Below are positions 26,756-35,023 of a DNA stretch of 40,992 bases, in pieces (the first letter of the stretch is position 1; each line of letters begins with the position of its first letter). A model generated the notes under the pieces. That model worked only from the letters and a program-made list of their open reading frames with translations. It did no database searches and had not been told where the DNA came from. The position numbers and the translations under genes were made by a program. The stretch is from Candidatus Bathyarchaeia archaeon (lineage in GTDB: Archaea > Thermoproteota > Bathyarchaeia > Bathyarchaeales > Bathycorpusculaceae): assembly GCA_038865865.1 (NCBI GenBank), contig JAWBZV010000011.1, positions 1-40,992 on the forward strand, written 5' to 3'.

Positions 26756-27307
26756 TTGAGCGTTGAAGAAGAGGAAACCCTGGAAGAGCGCAAGGTTAAA
26801 ATCTTAATTAAGCTCAGGGGCTATAAGCTTATTAAGAGGGAAAAGTTAAAAGAAGCCATAAGTTATGTGGTTGAGGTTCCAAAGGAAAAACAGCAGGCTC
26901 TAATCTGGTGTGTTTCAGACGAAAACGTTGGCATACTAACAGTTAACCGAATGGCTAAGGCCATGAAGGAGGCGAAAATAGATAGGGGAATCTTGGTGGC
27001 AAGCGGACGCTACACAAACGCTGCAAAACAAGCCGCAAAGAAAAGGCATATAGAGCTCCTTCCAAAAACTTTCCCAGTGTTCGACATTTTCGAGCATAAA
27101 CTTGTTCCGAAACATGAAATCTTAACTCCTGAAGAACGTGAGGAAGTGCTCGCCAGGTACAGGGTTAAACCCTATCAACTCCCCCAAATCAAGGCTTCAG
27201 ATCCAGCGGTAAAGGCAATAGGTGCTAAGCCAGGCGACATACTGCGAATAATCCGCAAAAGCCCAACGGCAGGCGAACATATAGCCTACAGATACGTTGT
27301 AGAGTAA
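26756..27307 (+). CDS. rpoH: DNA-directed RNA polymerase subunit H (Rpb5 homologue) with N-terminal Rpb5-like extension
   Basis: C-terminal 75 aa '[69 protein letters not shown]' is canonical RpoH. The N-terminal 105 aa show Rpb5 N-domain motifs ('[15 protein letters not shown]' vs human 'RKTIMQLCHDRGYLV'; '[16 protein letters not shown]' vs 'RALIVVQQGMTPSAKQ'). TTG start with GAGGG upstream. The first ATG would give only 119 aa. Confidence 0.8.
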   Translation: MSVEEEETLEERKVKILIKLRGYKLIKREKLKEAISYVVEVPKEKQQALIWCVSDENVGILTVNRMAKAMKEAKIDRGILVASGRYTNAAKQAAKKRHIELLPKTFPVFDIFEHKLVPKHEILTPEEREEVLARYRVKPYQLPQIKASDPAVKAIGAKPGDILRIIRKSPTAGEHIAYRYVVE

Positions 27308-27339
27308 GGGACGTAAGATAGCCACATCTGAGCAGCCGC

Positions 27340-28311
27340 TTATCCACCATTGTATAGGACAACCACTACAAACTCGTTTACTTGCACCATTCCGAAACCT
27401 GGATGATAATATGTTTCAGTTATAGGTCCATAGAAAACTTCATCGTTCTGTGGCTCCACGTAGGCTAGGCCTTCCTTGCATATTATTGCGTTAAAGACGT
27501 GGTTGAAGGGTCTCCCGCCTAGCTTCCCGAGTACGGCAACCACACCCATGTCCCAGCCCTTCATTTTGGCGTGCATATGAAGCATGACAGCATAATCGCC
27601 GCAGACGAAGTCTGGTTCCCTATACACTATTTCATCAGTCTTGTCCTCCTTGAGCCACTGCCTAAGCTCTTGGGTTGTTGGTACAATCTTGTCCCCGGCA
27701 AGTAGGGGCTTATAGAGCGCAGTATAGAGGGCATCATATTTCTCCTTAACCTGTGTGTAATTTGCTAATAGCGATTGATAAGCTTGGGTAAGCTCTTGAT
27801 ACTCGTTTAAAAGCGTCGTGTAACCCGCGGCTTCCTCCTTTAACCTCATGTAGTTCTCCAATAACTCATTGTAATTTTGACTGAGCACCTCATAGGCAAC
27901 TGTTAACTCAATGTAATCCGCTAAGACATCTCCATATTTCTCAGAAAGCGCCGTGTAGTTCTGCAGAAGGAAAAAGTGCTCTTGACTGAGCAGGGCGTAA
28001 TCAACGCTAAGGTTTGAGTAACGGGTTAAAACATCCTCATAATCAGCTGAAAGCTCCCTAAAATCCTGCATCAGTGCGTAAAGAGATTGGTTCAAGAAAT
28101 TGTAATTCTCAAATAGTTCTTCATATTTACTTTGCAGTTCAGTATGTTCAGCCTCCAACGTGTCGTAGGAATTGCTTAGCCTTTCCAGTTCAGACTTAAG
28201 CCTCAAATTTTCTGTTTGGAGAGTATAACTAGCGTAGCCCAGAAACGCCGCCAAGAAAAGCAAAGCTGCAAAAGGAAACGAAAGCATTTTAATTTTATCC
28301 AAAGGCTTCAC
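27340..28311 (-). CDS. Membrane-anchored coiled-coil protein with C-terminal transglutaminase-like (Cys-His-Asp) domain
   Basis: 323 aa. N-terminal TM 'LSFPFAALLFLAAFLGYA', about 170 aa of Tyr/Leu/Asn heptad-like repeats (xxYxxLxxNY), and a C-terminus 'FVCGDYAVMLHMHAKMKGW...FNHVFNAII...VEPQND' that fits the transglutaminase-like/papain-like catalytic order. Confidence 0.5.
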   Translation of the reverse strand: MKPLDKIKMLSFPFAALLFLAAFLGYASYTLQTENLRLKSELERLSNSYDTLEAEHTELQSKYEELFENYNFLNQSLYALMQDFRELSADYEDVLTRYSNLSVDYALLSQEHFFLLQNYTALSEKYGDVLADYIELTVAYEVLSQNYNELLENYMRLKEEAAGYTTLLNEYQELTQAYQSLLANYTQVKEKYDALYTALYKPLLAGDKIVPTTQELRQWLKEDKTDEIVYREPDFVCGDYAVMLHMHAKMKGWDMGVVAVLGKLGGRPFNHVFNAIICKEGLAYVEPQNDEVFYGPITETYYHPGFGMVQVNEFVVVVLYNGG

Positions 28312-28361
28312 CTAATATTAATTAAGCTTTTGAAGTCCTTATGTATTTTCAAATTGGTAAG

Positions 28362-28700
28362 CTAATGTGACGCGCTGAAAAGCGTCTTATTCAAGTATTC
28401 TTCGGCGCGTTTATACTCTTCAAGGAGTTCTTTCCCAAGCTCTGTGAGTTTGGCTCCACCGCCGCCGGCCTTTCCGCCCCTGTAGGTTTCTATTACTGGC
28501 TCGCCCAGGGTTTTCTCAATCCTTTTTAAGTAGCTCCATACATAACGATAAGACATACCCAGCTTTTTGGCGGCTTTTGAAATTGAATGTTCTACATCTA
28601 TCTGTTCTAGTATTTCGGCTCCGCCCTTGCCTATCAATGGCTTCCCATGGAATTCAAGCCAAACCTTGCAGGAGAGTTTATGTTTATTTGGGTTTGACAT
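28362..28700 (-). CDS. ModE-like winged-helix regulator (N-terminal DNA-binding domain only)
   Basis: 'SISKAAKKLGMSYRYVWSYLKRIEKTLGEPVIETYRGGKAGGGGAKLTELGKELL' matches the ModE N-terminal (LysR-type HTH) domain, including the GGxxGGGAxLT motif. No Mop/TOBE domains. 112 aa. Confidence 0.65.
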   Translation of the reverse strand: MSNPNKHKLSCKVWLEFHGKPLIGKGGAEILEQIDVEHSISKAAKKLGMSYRYVWSYLKRIEKTLGEPVIETYRGGKAGGGGAKLTELGKELLEEYKRAEEYLNKTLFSASH

Positions 28701-28933
28701 GCAATTTTGTTTATGACTTCATTGTCTTTATAAACTTAATCCGATGCGCATATCAGAGCATATCGACTAACCCAATTTCCATGTTTCTATGGGCGCTGCT
28801 GCAGAGATCATAGGCGTGGACAACGGGAAAGATCCGCAATGACGATTGCTATAACATGAGTTTGGCTCAGTTTTAAGCACCCTTTCTCAACACCTGCGCC
28901 GCAACAGTCGGAATAAACTGTAAACGGTTCAGC

Positions 28934-29149
28934 CTAAGCCTTCTTTATTTTTAATTCGTACAGGATCACTAGGGCTTCGCCTAGGGGTATGCCGAGCTTG
29001 GCTGCCAGTTCGTGGGGCGTTATGTCTGGTTTTTCGTTGAGTATGACTTGTCTTGTGTAAGCCTTATGTTGGGGGTACATGACTATGGCGTGAACCGTCT
29101 CCACGAGGATGGGCCAAAGCTTTTCCTTAACATATTCTTCGAGGCTCAT
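28934..29149 (-). CDS. Small winged-helix DNA-binding protein (hypothetical)
   Basis: 71 aa, 'ITPHELAAKLGIPLGEALVILYELKIKK' HTH-like. Weak. Confidence 0.4.
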   Translation of the reverse strand: MSLEEYVKEKLWPILVETVHAIVMYPQHKAYTRQVILNEKPDITPHELAAKLGIPLGEALVILYELKIKKA

Positions 29150-29275
29150 GGCCTATCTAAAAATAATATAATAATGGGTGTGGCAAAGGGTTAGTTATCC
29201 GTTTACCCCAAGTAGCTCAGCAGTTTTTGGGTAAAGTTTATTTCCTTCAATTATTATGGCTATAACTTCGCAAGC

Positions 29276-29965
29276 GTGCGGAAAACTATGATTAAGGCTG
29301 TAGTTTTCGACCTTGACGGAACCCTTGTGAACTTTAACATAGACTACAAAACGTTAAGGGCTGAGGTTAGGAGTTTCCTAATAACGCAGGGAATCCCAGC
29401 CTCAATACTATCCATAAACGATAGCATTTTTGAAATGCTTAATAAAACAGAGATTTTCATGAAAAACAACGGCAAGTCCCCCAAAGCCTTCAAAGAAATA
29501 TATGCTAAAGTGGACAAGATTACCGAGAAATACGAGCTAGAGGCAGCTAAAACAGTAGGTCTGCTGCCTGGAGTCACAGATGTCTTAAAAGCCTTGAAGG
29601 AAGCAAGTTTGAAAATAGGCCTATGCACTGTGAGTAGTGAAAAAACAACAAACTATATTCTTAACAAGTTTAAGATTGGAAACTTTTTTGACGCCGTCAT
29701 CCCTAGAGAGAGGGTTAAGCATGCAAAGCCCCACAGGGAACACCTTGAAGCCACGTTGAAGGCTTTGGGGGTAAAACCGGAAGAAACCCTTATGGTTGGG
29801 GACAGCGTGGCAGACGTAAAATGCGCAAGGGAACTCAATATTATGGCTGTAGGCATAACCAGCGGAGTCTCCAACATGAAGGAGCTTGCCGACGCGGGAG
29901 CAAACTATATAATCACGCTAATATCGGACCTCCCAACCCTAATAACACAATGGAACAAAGCTTGA
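29276..29965 (+). CDS. HAD-superfamily phosphatase (phosphoglycolate-phosphatase-like, subfamily IA)
   Basis: Motif I 'VVFDLDGTLV', motif II 'CTVSS', motif IV 'GDSVADVKCA'. 229 aa. Confidence 0.8.
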   Translation: MRKTMIKAVVFDLDGTLVNFNIDYKTLRAEVRSFLITQGIPASILSINDSIFEMLNKTEIFMKNNGKSPKAFKEIYAKVDKITEKYELEAAKTVGLLPGVTDVLKALKEASLKIGLCTVSSEKTTNYILNKFKIGNFFDAVIPRERVKHAKPHREHLEATLKALGVKPEETLMVGDSVADVKCARELNIMAVGITSGVSNMKELADAGANYIITLISDLPTLITQWNKA

Positions 29966-30045
29966 AACGCTAAATAACGTCCGCGTCGAATGATGCTTCG
30001 AGCTTTTGCCCCAACCTTCCTAAGAAACAGTTTGCACGTTTAGGT

Positions 30046-30837
30046 TTGGCCGCCGCTTTTAAATTAGTAGAAAGTTTAAAGTTAATTGTGAGTTGGATGA
30101 AAAATTTTAGGGTTAGAGGAAGACTGGTAATAATTGCCATATTAATGGCTGTAGTGTTCTCCGCGGCGGCAATTGCAGCCTACCTAAAATCAGCTGGTCC
30201 CGCCGGATTTGAAATGGGTGAAGCGTATAGCTCTGTCAAGCTCCCGCCTCCCAAAACCGTTGGCACCATGTCCGTTGAGGAGGCCATCAGTAGAAGACGG
30301 TCGACAAGAAGCTTCACAGATGAACCCTTAAGTTTACAGGATGTTTCGCAGCTTTTGTGGGCAGCTCAGGGTATCACGGATTCCGTTAAAAATTTTAGGG
30401 CGGCTCCGTCTGCCGGTGCAACATACCCCCTAGAGATATACGTTGTTGTAAGCAAAGATGGCGTGGAAGGGTTGGCATGCGGCATTTACCACTATGATCC
30501 CCGAGAGCATCGGTTGATACGCATGTTAGGGAGCGACCTACGTTCAGGCTTGGCTGAGGCTGCGCTGGGTCAGAGCAGCGTGAAAGAAGCCCCAATCAGC
30601 ATAGTTGTGACTGCAGTTTACGAGCGCACTACAAGCAAGTATGGGGAGCGGGGCGTCCGCTATGTTCACATGGAGGCAGGTCATGTTGGGCAAAACCTTT
30701 ACTTGCAATCTACAGCCTTGGGACTGGGCATGGTGACGGTTGGGGCGTTTTACGACGATCAGGTTCAGAAGCTTCTCCAACTGCCAGAAGACCAGAAACC
30801 GCTTTACATAATACCAGTAGGCCACCCCAAAAGCTAA
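30046..30837 (+). CDS. Nitroreductase-family (SagB/ThcOx-like) dehydrogenase with N-terminal membrane anchor
   Basis: 'AISRRRSTRSFTDEPLSLQDVSQLLWAAQG' and 'YVHMEAGHVGQNLYLQ' are nitroreductase-fold signatures. An N-terminal TM is present. Possible start at the internal ATG 30097. Confidence 0.7.
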   Translation: MAAAFKLVESLKLIVSWMKNFRVRGRLVIIAILMAVVFSAAAIAAYLKSAGPAGFEMGEAYSSVKLPPPKTVGTMSVEEAISRRRSTRSFTDEPLSLQDVSQLLWAAQGITDSVKNFRAAPSAGATYPLEIYVVVSKDGVEGLACGIYHYDPREHRLIRMLGSDLRSGLAEAALGQSSVKEAPISIVVTAVYERTTSKYGERGVRYVHMEAGHVGQNLYLQSTALGLGMVTVGAFYDDQVQKLLQLPEDQKPLYIIPVGHPKS

Positions 30838-30997
30838 CTTTCTTAAGGCTTGAAATCAGCCTAATTTCGTATACCGTGTGACCTCCGCCGCTGCGTGGTT
30901 AGGCGTTAGACTTGCCAAAGAGAAAAGGGGGGGAAGCGGCTTTGAATATCCTCTCTACGCTCAGAAGTTTACATCTTGTTTTGGAGAGTAAGGAGTG

Positions 30998-31684
30998 TTA
31001 AATGCGTATCGTGAGGTTATTCACGTATTTTTTCAGGGTTTCCGCCATTTTCTCCAAAGTTTCAGGCGGGTAAGGCTTTAGGTTTCTGTACCTCTCGTCC
31101 AAGGTGTCTCCGGGTATGAACTGTTGTAGGGCGTAGTTTTTGGCACCTTTTATGGTTTCGCCTATGCGGGTTATGTCCTCCTCCTCCACAAGTTTTGGGA
31201 CGGCTGTGGTTCTGAACTCGTATTCCACTTTCCCAGCCTTCAAAATTTCAATGGTGCGCATAAGCTCGGTCGTCTCTTTTGCCCCTACAAGGCTGTATTT
31301 TTCAGGGCTTGTTTTTACGTCTAGGGCGACGTAGTCCACGTAGGGTAGGCACTCCTCTAAAACCTTGGCGTTTAAGCCATTGGTGTCAAGCTTTACGGCG
31401 AATCCCTTCTCCTTAAGCCTTTTTAAGAATCTTGGCAGTTCCTTGTGGATTGTGGGTTCGCCGCCCGTAACCACAACAGCGTCCACATACCTCTTGCGCT
31501 CTTCAAGGATTTGTATGGCTGTCTCCTCGTTTAGGAAGGGTGGTTTTGGATCCACCACAATCCGCCAGTTATAGCAGTAGGGGCAGCGTAGGTTGCAGCC
31601 AGGCGTGAAGAGCACTGCTGCTACTCTGTCTGGATAGTCTATTAGGCTTGTTTTTTGAAGGCCGCTGAACTTCATGCGGGTCAC
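30998..31684 (-). CDS. nrdG: Anaerobic ribonucleoside-triphosphate reductase activating protein (radical SAM)
   Basis: 'CNLRCPYCYNW' CX3CX2C radical-SAM motif, 228 aa. Its start overlaps the nrdD stop by 4 nt. Confidence 0.85.
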   Translation of the reverse strand: MTRMKFSGLQKTSLIDYPDRVAAVLFTPGCNLRCPYCYNWRIVVDPKPPFLNEETAIQILEERKRYVDAVVVTGGEPTIHKELPRFLKRLKEKGFAVKLDTNGLNAKVLEECLPYVDYVALDVKTSPEKYSLVGAKETTELMRTIEILKAGKVEYEFRTTAVPKLVEEEDITRIGETIKGAKNYALQQFIPGDTLDERYRNLKPYPPETLEKMAETLKKYVNNLTIRI

Positions 31685-33807
31685 TGGGCAACAGCTGCTG
31701 TTTGGGGTATCACAACCGCTTTTTCAAAGGTTTTGCGTATGGCGAATTCTGCCTGTTTCCCATCGTTCCACTGGTCTACTGGCCTCAGGTAGCCCACAAC
31801 CCTTGAGTAGACTTCGCAGTTAGCCCCACATCTTGGACACTGTCTATGTTCTCCGCTTATGTAGCCGTGGGTTGGGCATATGCTGAATGTGGGTGTTAAG
31901 GTGAAGTAGGGTAGGCGGAAGTTCCAAGACACCTTGCGCACTAGTTCGGCGGCAGCCTTCCATGAATAGAGCCTTTCGCCGAGGTATATGTGGAACACTG
32001 TTCCACCCGTGTAAAGGGGTTGAAGCTTGTCTTGATGCTCTAAAGCCTCAAACAGGTCTACCTCGCAGTCCACTGGAAGCTGGGTGGAGTTTGTGTAGAA
32101 GGGCTCTGCGCCCTTAGCCAAGTACTTTTCATTAGCCACCACGATGTCGGGGTATTTGCGTTTATCTATGCGTGCCAGCCTGTAGCTTGCGCCTTCCGCG
32201 GGCGTCGCCTCCAAATTGTAAATGTTGCCCGTCTCTTCCTGAAAGTCTGCGAGTTTTTCCCGCATAAAGGTTAAGACCTTCACGGCGAACTCAAGCCCTT
32301 CAGCTGAAGCTATGCCGTAGCCGAATAGGTTCATTATCGCCTCGTTCATGCCGAGGATGCCTATCGTTGAGAAGTGGTTTTTCCAGTATTTTCCGAAGGC
32401 TTCCTTGACGCCGTGGAGGTAACGCCTCGAGTATGGGTATAGGCCCTTCTCGGTGAACTGCTCCAGAACTTTGCGTTTTATTTCTAGGCTGTCCCTTGCG
32501 ACTTCCATGAGCGCCTCAAGCCTTTCAAAGAACTCGTCTTCGTTTTTGGCGAGATACCCAATCCTTGGAAGGTTCAGGGTTACAACACCTATGCTTCCCG
32601 TCAGCGGGTTCGCCCCGAAGAAACCTCCGCCCCGCTTGCGAAGCTCCCGATTGTCTATCCTTAAGCGGCAGCACATACTCCGAACGTCTTCGGGTTTCAT
32701 GTCGCTGTTGACGAAGTTAGAGAAGTAGGGCGCACCATACTTGGCCGCCACTTCGAAGACCCTTTGGGAAACAGGTGAATCCCAGTTAAAGTCTTTAGTT
32801 ATGCAGTATGTTGGAATTGGAAAGGTGAAAACCCTTCCTTTGGCGTCTCCCGCGCTTAAAACCTTTGTAAAAGCCAAGTTGAACATTTCCATCTCCTTTT
32901 CCATTTCGCCGTAGGCGACGTCCATGACCTTTCCGCCTATTATAACAGGCTCGTCGGCCATGAAGTCTGGCACCTTCAAGTCTAGGGTTACGTTTGTGAA
33001 GGGTGTCTGGAAGCCCACACGGGTTGGCACGTTCATGTTAAAGAAAAATTCTTGAAGGGCTTGCTCCACCTCCTTCTGGCTTAAGCCATCATAGCGTATA
33101 AAAGGTGCAAGGTAAGTGTCAAAGTTTGAGAAGGCTTGGGCGCCAGCCGCCTCACCCTGCAAAGTATAGAAGAAGTTCACTACTTGCCCAAGAGCCGTCC
33201 TGAAATGTTTGGCTGGTGTGCTTTCAATTTTGCCTGGAACCCCGCCAAACCCTGTTAACAATAGGTCTTTTATGTCCCAACCTACACAGTATGGCCCAAG
33301 AACGCCCAAGTCGTGGATGTGCATGTCGCCTGAAAAGTGGGCTTCAGCTATGTTGGGCGGGTATATGCGACTTATCCAGTATTTGGCTATAACCGTCGAG
33401 GAAAGGTAGTTGTTTAAGCCCTGCAGCGAATAACTCATGTTGGAGTTTTCCTTAACGCGCCAATCTTCCATCTCCAAGTATTGGTCCACGAGGTCCGCTT
33501 GGCTTAGGAGGGCTGCCAACTCCCTTATGTCCTGATGCTGTTTCCTGTAGAGGATGTACGCCTTAGCCGTCCGTGCATGACCATTCTCTATAAGGATTTT
33601 CTCCACAACGTCCTGGATTTCCTCAACCGTTGGAACGCCGTCCTCTCCGAAACGCTTCTTTAGTTCAGCCACAACCTGGTCGCTTAGCCTCTTGGCTAGT
33701 TCACGGTCTTTTCCGCCTACGGCTTTGGCGGCTTTCCAAATAGCATTTGTAATGCGTTCTTGGTCGAAGGGCTCTAATCTGCCATCCCGCTTCCTAACAA
33801 ACTTCAT
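31681..33807 (-). CDS. nrdD: Anaerobic (class III) ribonucleoside-triphosphate reductase
   Basis: N-terminal ATP-cone 'KRDGRLEPFDQERITNAI', C-terminal Cys-ribbon 'CPRCGANC' and glycyl-radical motif 'RVVGYL'. 708 aa. Confidence 0.9.
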   Translation of the reverse strand: MKFVRKRDGRLEPFDQERITNAIWKAAKAVGGKDRELAKRLSDQVVAELKKRFGEDGVPTVEEIQDVVEKILIENGHARTAKAYILYRKQHQDIRELAALLSQADLVDQYLEMEDWRVKENSNMSYSLQGLNNYLSSTVIAKYWISRIYPPNIAEAHFSGDMHIHDLGVLGPYCVGWDIKDLLLTGFGGVPGKIESTPAKHFRTALGQVVNFFYTLQGEAAGAQAFSNFDTYLAPFIRYDGLSQKEVEQALQEFFFNMNVPTRVGFQTPFTNVTLDLKVPDFMADEPVIIGGKVMDVAYGEMEKEMEMFNLAFTKVLSAGDAKGRVFTFPIPTYCITKDFNWDSPVSQRVFEVAAKYGAPYFSNFVNSDMKPEDVRSMCCRLRIDNRELRKRGGGFFGANPLTGSIGVVTLNLPRIGYLAKNEDEFFERLEALMEVARDSLEIKRKVLEQFTEKGLYPYSRRYLHGVKEAFGKYWKNHFSTIGILGMNEAIMNLFGYGIASAEGLEFAVKVLTFMREKLADFQEETGNIYNLEATPAEGASYRLARIDKRKYPDIVVANEKYLAKGAEPFYTNSTQLPVDCEVDLFEALEHQDKLQPLYTGGTVFHIYLGERLYSWKAAAELVRKVSWNFRLPYFTLTPTFSICPTHGYISGEHRQCPRCGANCEVYSRVVGYLRPVDQWNDGKQAEFAIRKTFEKAVVIPQTAAVAQ

Positions 33808-34250
33808 TTTTTCACCTCTTGAAGCACGCGGCGGAAGTCTTCAGGCTCCTCGAATCTGCGGTAGACGGAGGCAAAGCGCACGTAAGCCACGCGGTCAAGG
33901 CTTTTCAAATGTTTCATCACCAGGTCGCCGATTTCCTGGGATGAAACTTCCTCCTTGCCAAGCTGCGCGAGTTCCTGCCTAACCTTTTCCGCTAGTAAGC
34001 GTATCTGCTCCATGGTTACGGGTCTTTTTTCACATGCTTTTTGTAAGCCCCTAATGATTTTGTTTAAGTCAAAGCGTTCAAGTCTTCCGTCGCGTTTCCG
34101 AACCATGAGCTCCACGGTTTCGATATACTCATAGGTTGTGAAGCGTTTCCCGCAGTTTTCGCACTCCTTGCGTCTCCTTATGGTGTTGTCTGCCGAGTCG
34201 CGGGTTTCAAGGGTTTTGATGTTTTCAGATCCACAGTAAGGGCACTTCAT
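33804..34250 (-). CDS. nrdR: Transcriptional repressor NrdR (zinc-ribbon plus ATP-cone)
   Basis: 'MKCPYCGSENIKTLETRDSADNTIRRRKECENCGKRFTTYEYIE' zinc ribbon followed by an ATP-cone. 148 aa. 4-nt overlap with nrdD. Confidence 0.85.
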   Translation of the reverse strand: MKCPYCGSENIKTLETRDSADNTIRRRKECENCGKRFTTYEYIETVELMVRKRDGRLERFDLNKIIRGLQKACEKRPVTMEQIRLLAEKVRQELAQLGKEEVSSQEIGDLVMKHLKSLDRVAYVRFASVYRRFEEPEDFRRVLQEVKK

Positions 34251-34301
34251 GTAAACGCCGTCGCGTGCTTCAAACTTTATAGTGTTTAAACTTTATTTCA
34301 A

Positions 34302-34317
34302 ACACTAAATGTAGTGC
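34302..34317. promoter_or_regulatory. NrdR-box-like 16-bp palindrome upstream of nrdR-nrdD-nrdG
   Basis: ACACTAAATGTAGTGC matches the published NrdR-box consensus acaCwAtATaTwGtgt at 12 of 16 positions (CACTA/TAGTG arms). It sits 52-67 nt upstream of the nrdR start in an AT-rich promoter region. A weaker second half-site 'AAACTTTATAGTGTTT' lies at 34270-34286. Confidence 0.5.
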
Positions 34318-34567
34318 TTTAAAAATTTTATGCAGCGAAAATTTAAACAAAAGCCCTTCTAAAAGAGCAAAATATACATGATTTCGCAAGTTACGAGAAA
34401 ATTGAAGGCGGAAAATTCCAAGTTTAATGCATGTTACTGCTCGAATTAGAGCTGCCATGTTAAAATGATCTGATAAAAACCACTTATTTAGATAATTTAA
34501 AGAAATTTTCCCGTTAAAATTCGAAAATTAAAATGTTATATATAGCAGCTTGTTGTGCCGCTAGCCA

Positions 34568-35023
34568 TCAGCGTTTCTCTTCAACTTCAAGCTTTTTTAT
34601 GCGAGCTGCAATGAACTCAGCCACTTTTTCTTCGCTGTACTGCTCCTCCTCTTCCTGCCTTTTCAGTTGTTCCTTTATTACCGCCAAGATTTTTTCCACT
34701 TCGAAAGGTTTCAGGATGTAGGCGTCTGCGCCCCTGTTCACGGCTTCTATGGCGTTATGCATTGTAGGATAACCAGTCACTATGATTTTTCGCATTTTAG
34801 GCGTTGTATCCTTCATCTTTGTAAGGAGTTCTATGCCCTCCATGTCCGGCAGCTTTATGTCGATGAGGGCGAGGTTATAGAAGCCCTTCTTAGTCTTTTC
34901 AATAGCCTTTTCGCCCGTCTCAGCTGTGTCCACGATGTAGCCCTCGTCTTCAAGTATGGTCTTCAAAACTTCCCTTATGTTTTCGTCGTCGTCAATAACG
35001 AGGATTCTGGCGCCTTTAACCAT
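34568..35023 (-). CDS. CheY-like single-domain response regulator
   Basis: 'ARILVIDDDENIRE...D(54-like) LALIDIKLPDMEG...KIIVTGY' receiver-domain motifs. Most likely start is ATG 35023 (MVKGARILVIDD) with GGAGGTG 7 nt upstream, 4 nt after the kinase stop. The track ORF extends to 35056. Confidence 0.8.
   Translation of the reverse strand: MVKGARILVIDDDENIREVLKTILEDEGYIVDTAETGEKAIEKTKKGFYNLALIDIKLPDMEGIELLTKMKDTTPKMRKIIVTGYPTMHNAIEAVNRGADAYILKPFEVEKILAVIKEQLKRQEEEEQYSEEKVAEFIAARIKKLEVEEKR

Noticed and set aside
29200-29245. tRNA-like D-arm string 'GTAGCTCAGC' with flanking CCCAA/TTGGG hairpin
   Set aside because: No acceptor stem, anticodon arm or GTTCRANYC T-loop can be built within 70-90 nt. 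It is just a short hairpin in the promoter region of the HAD gene.
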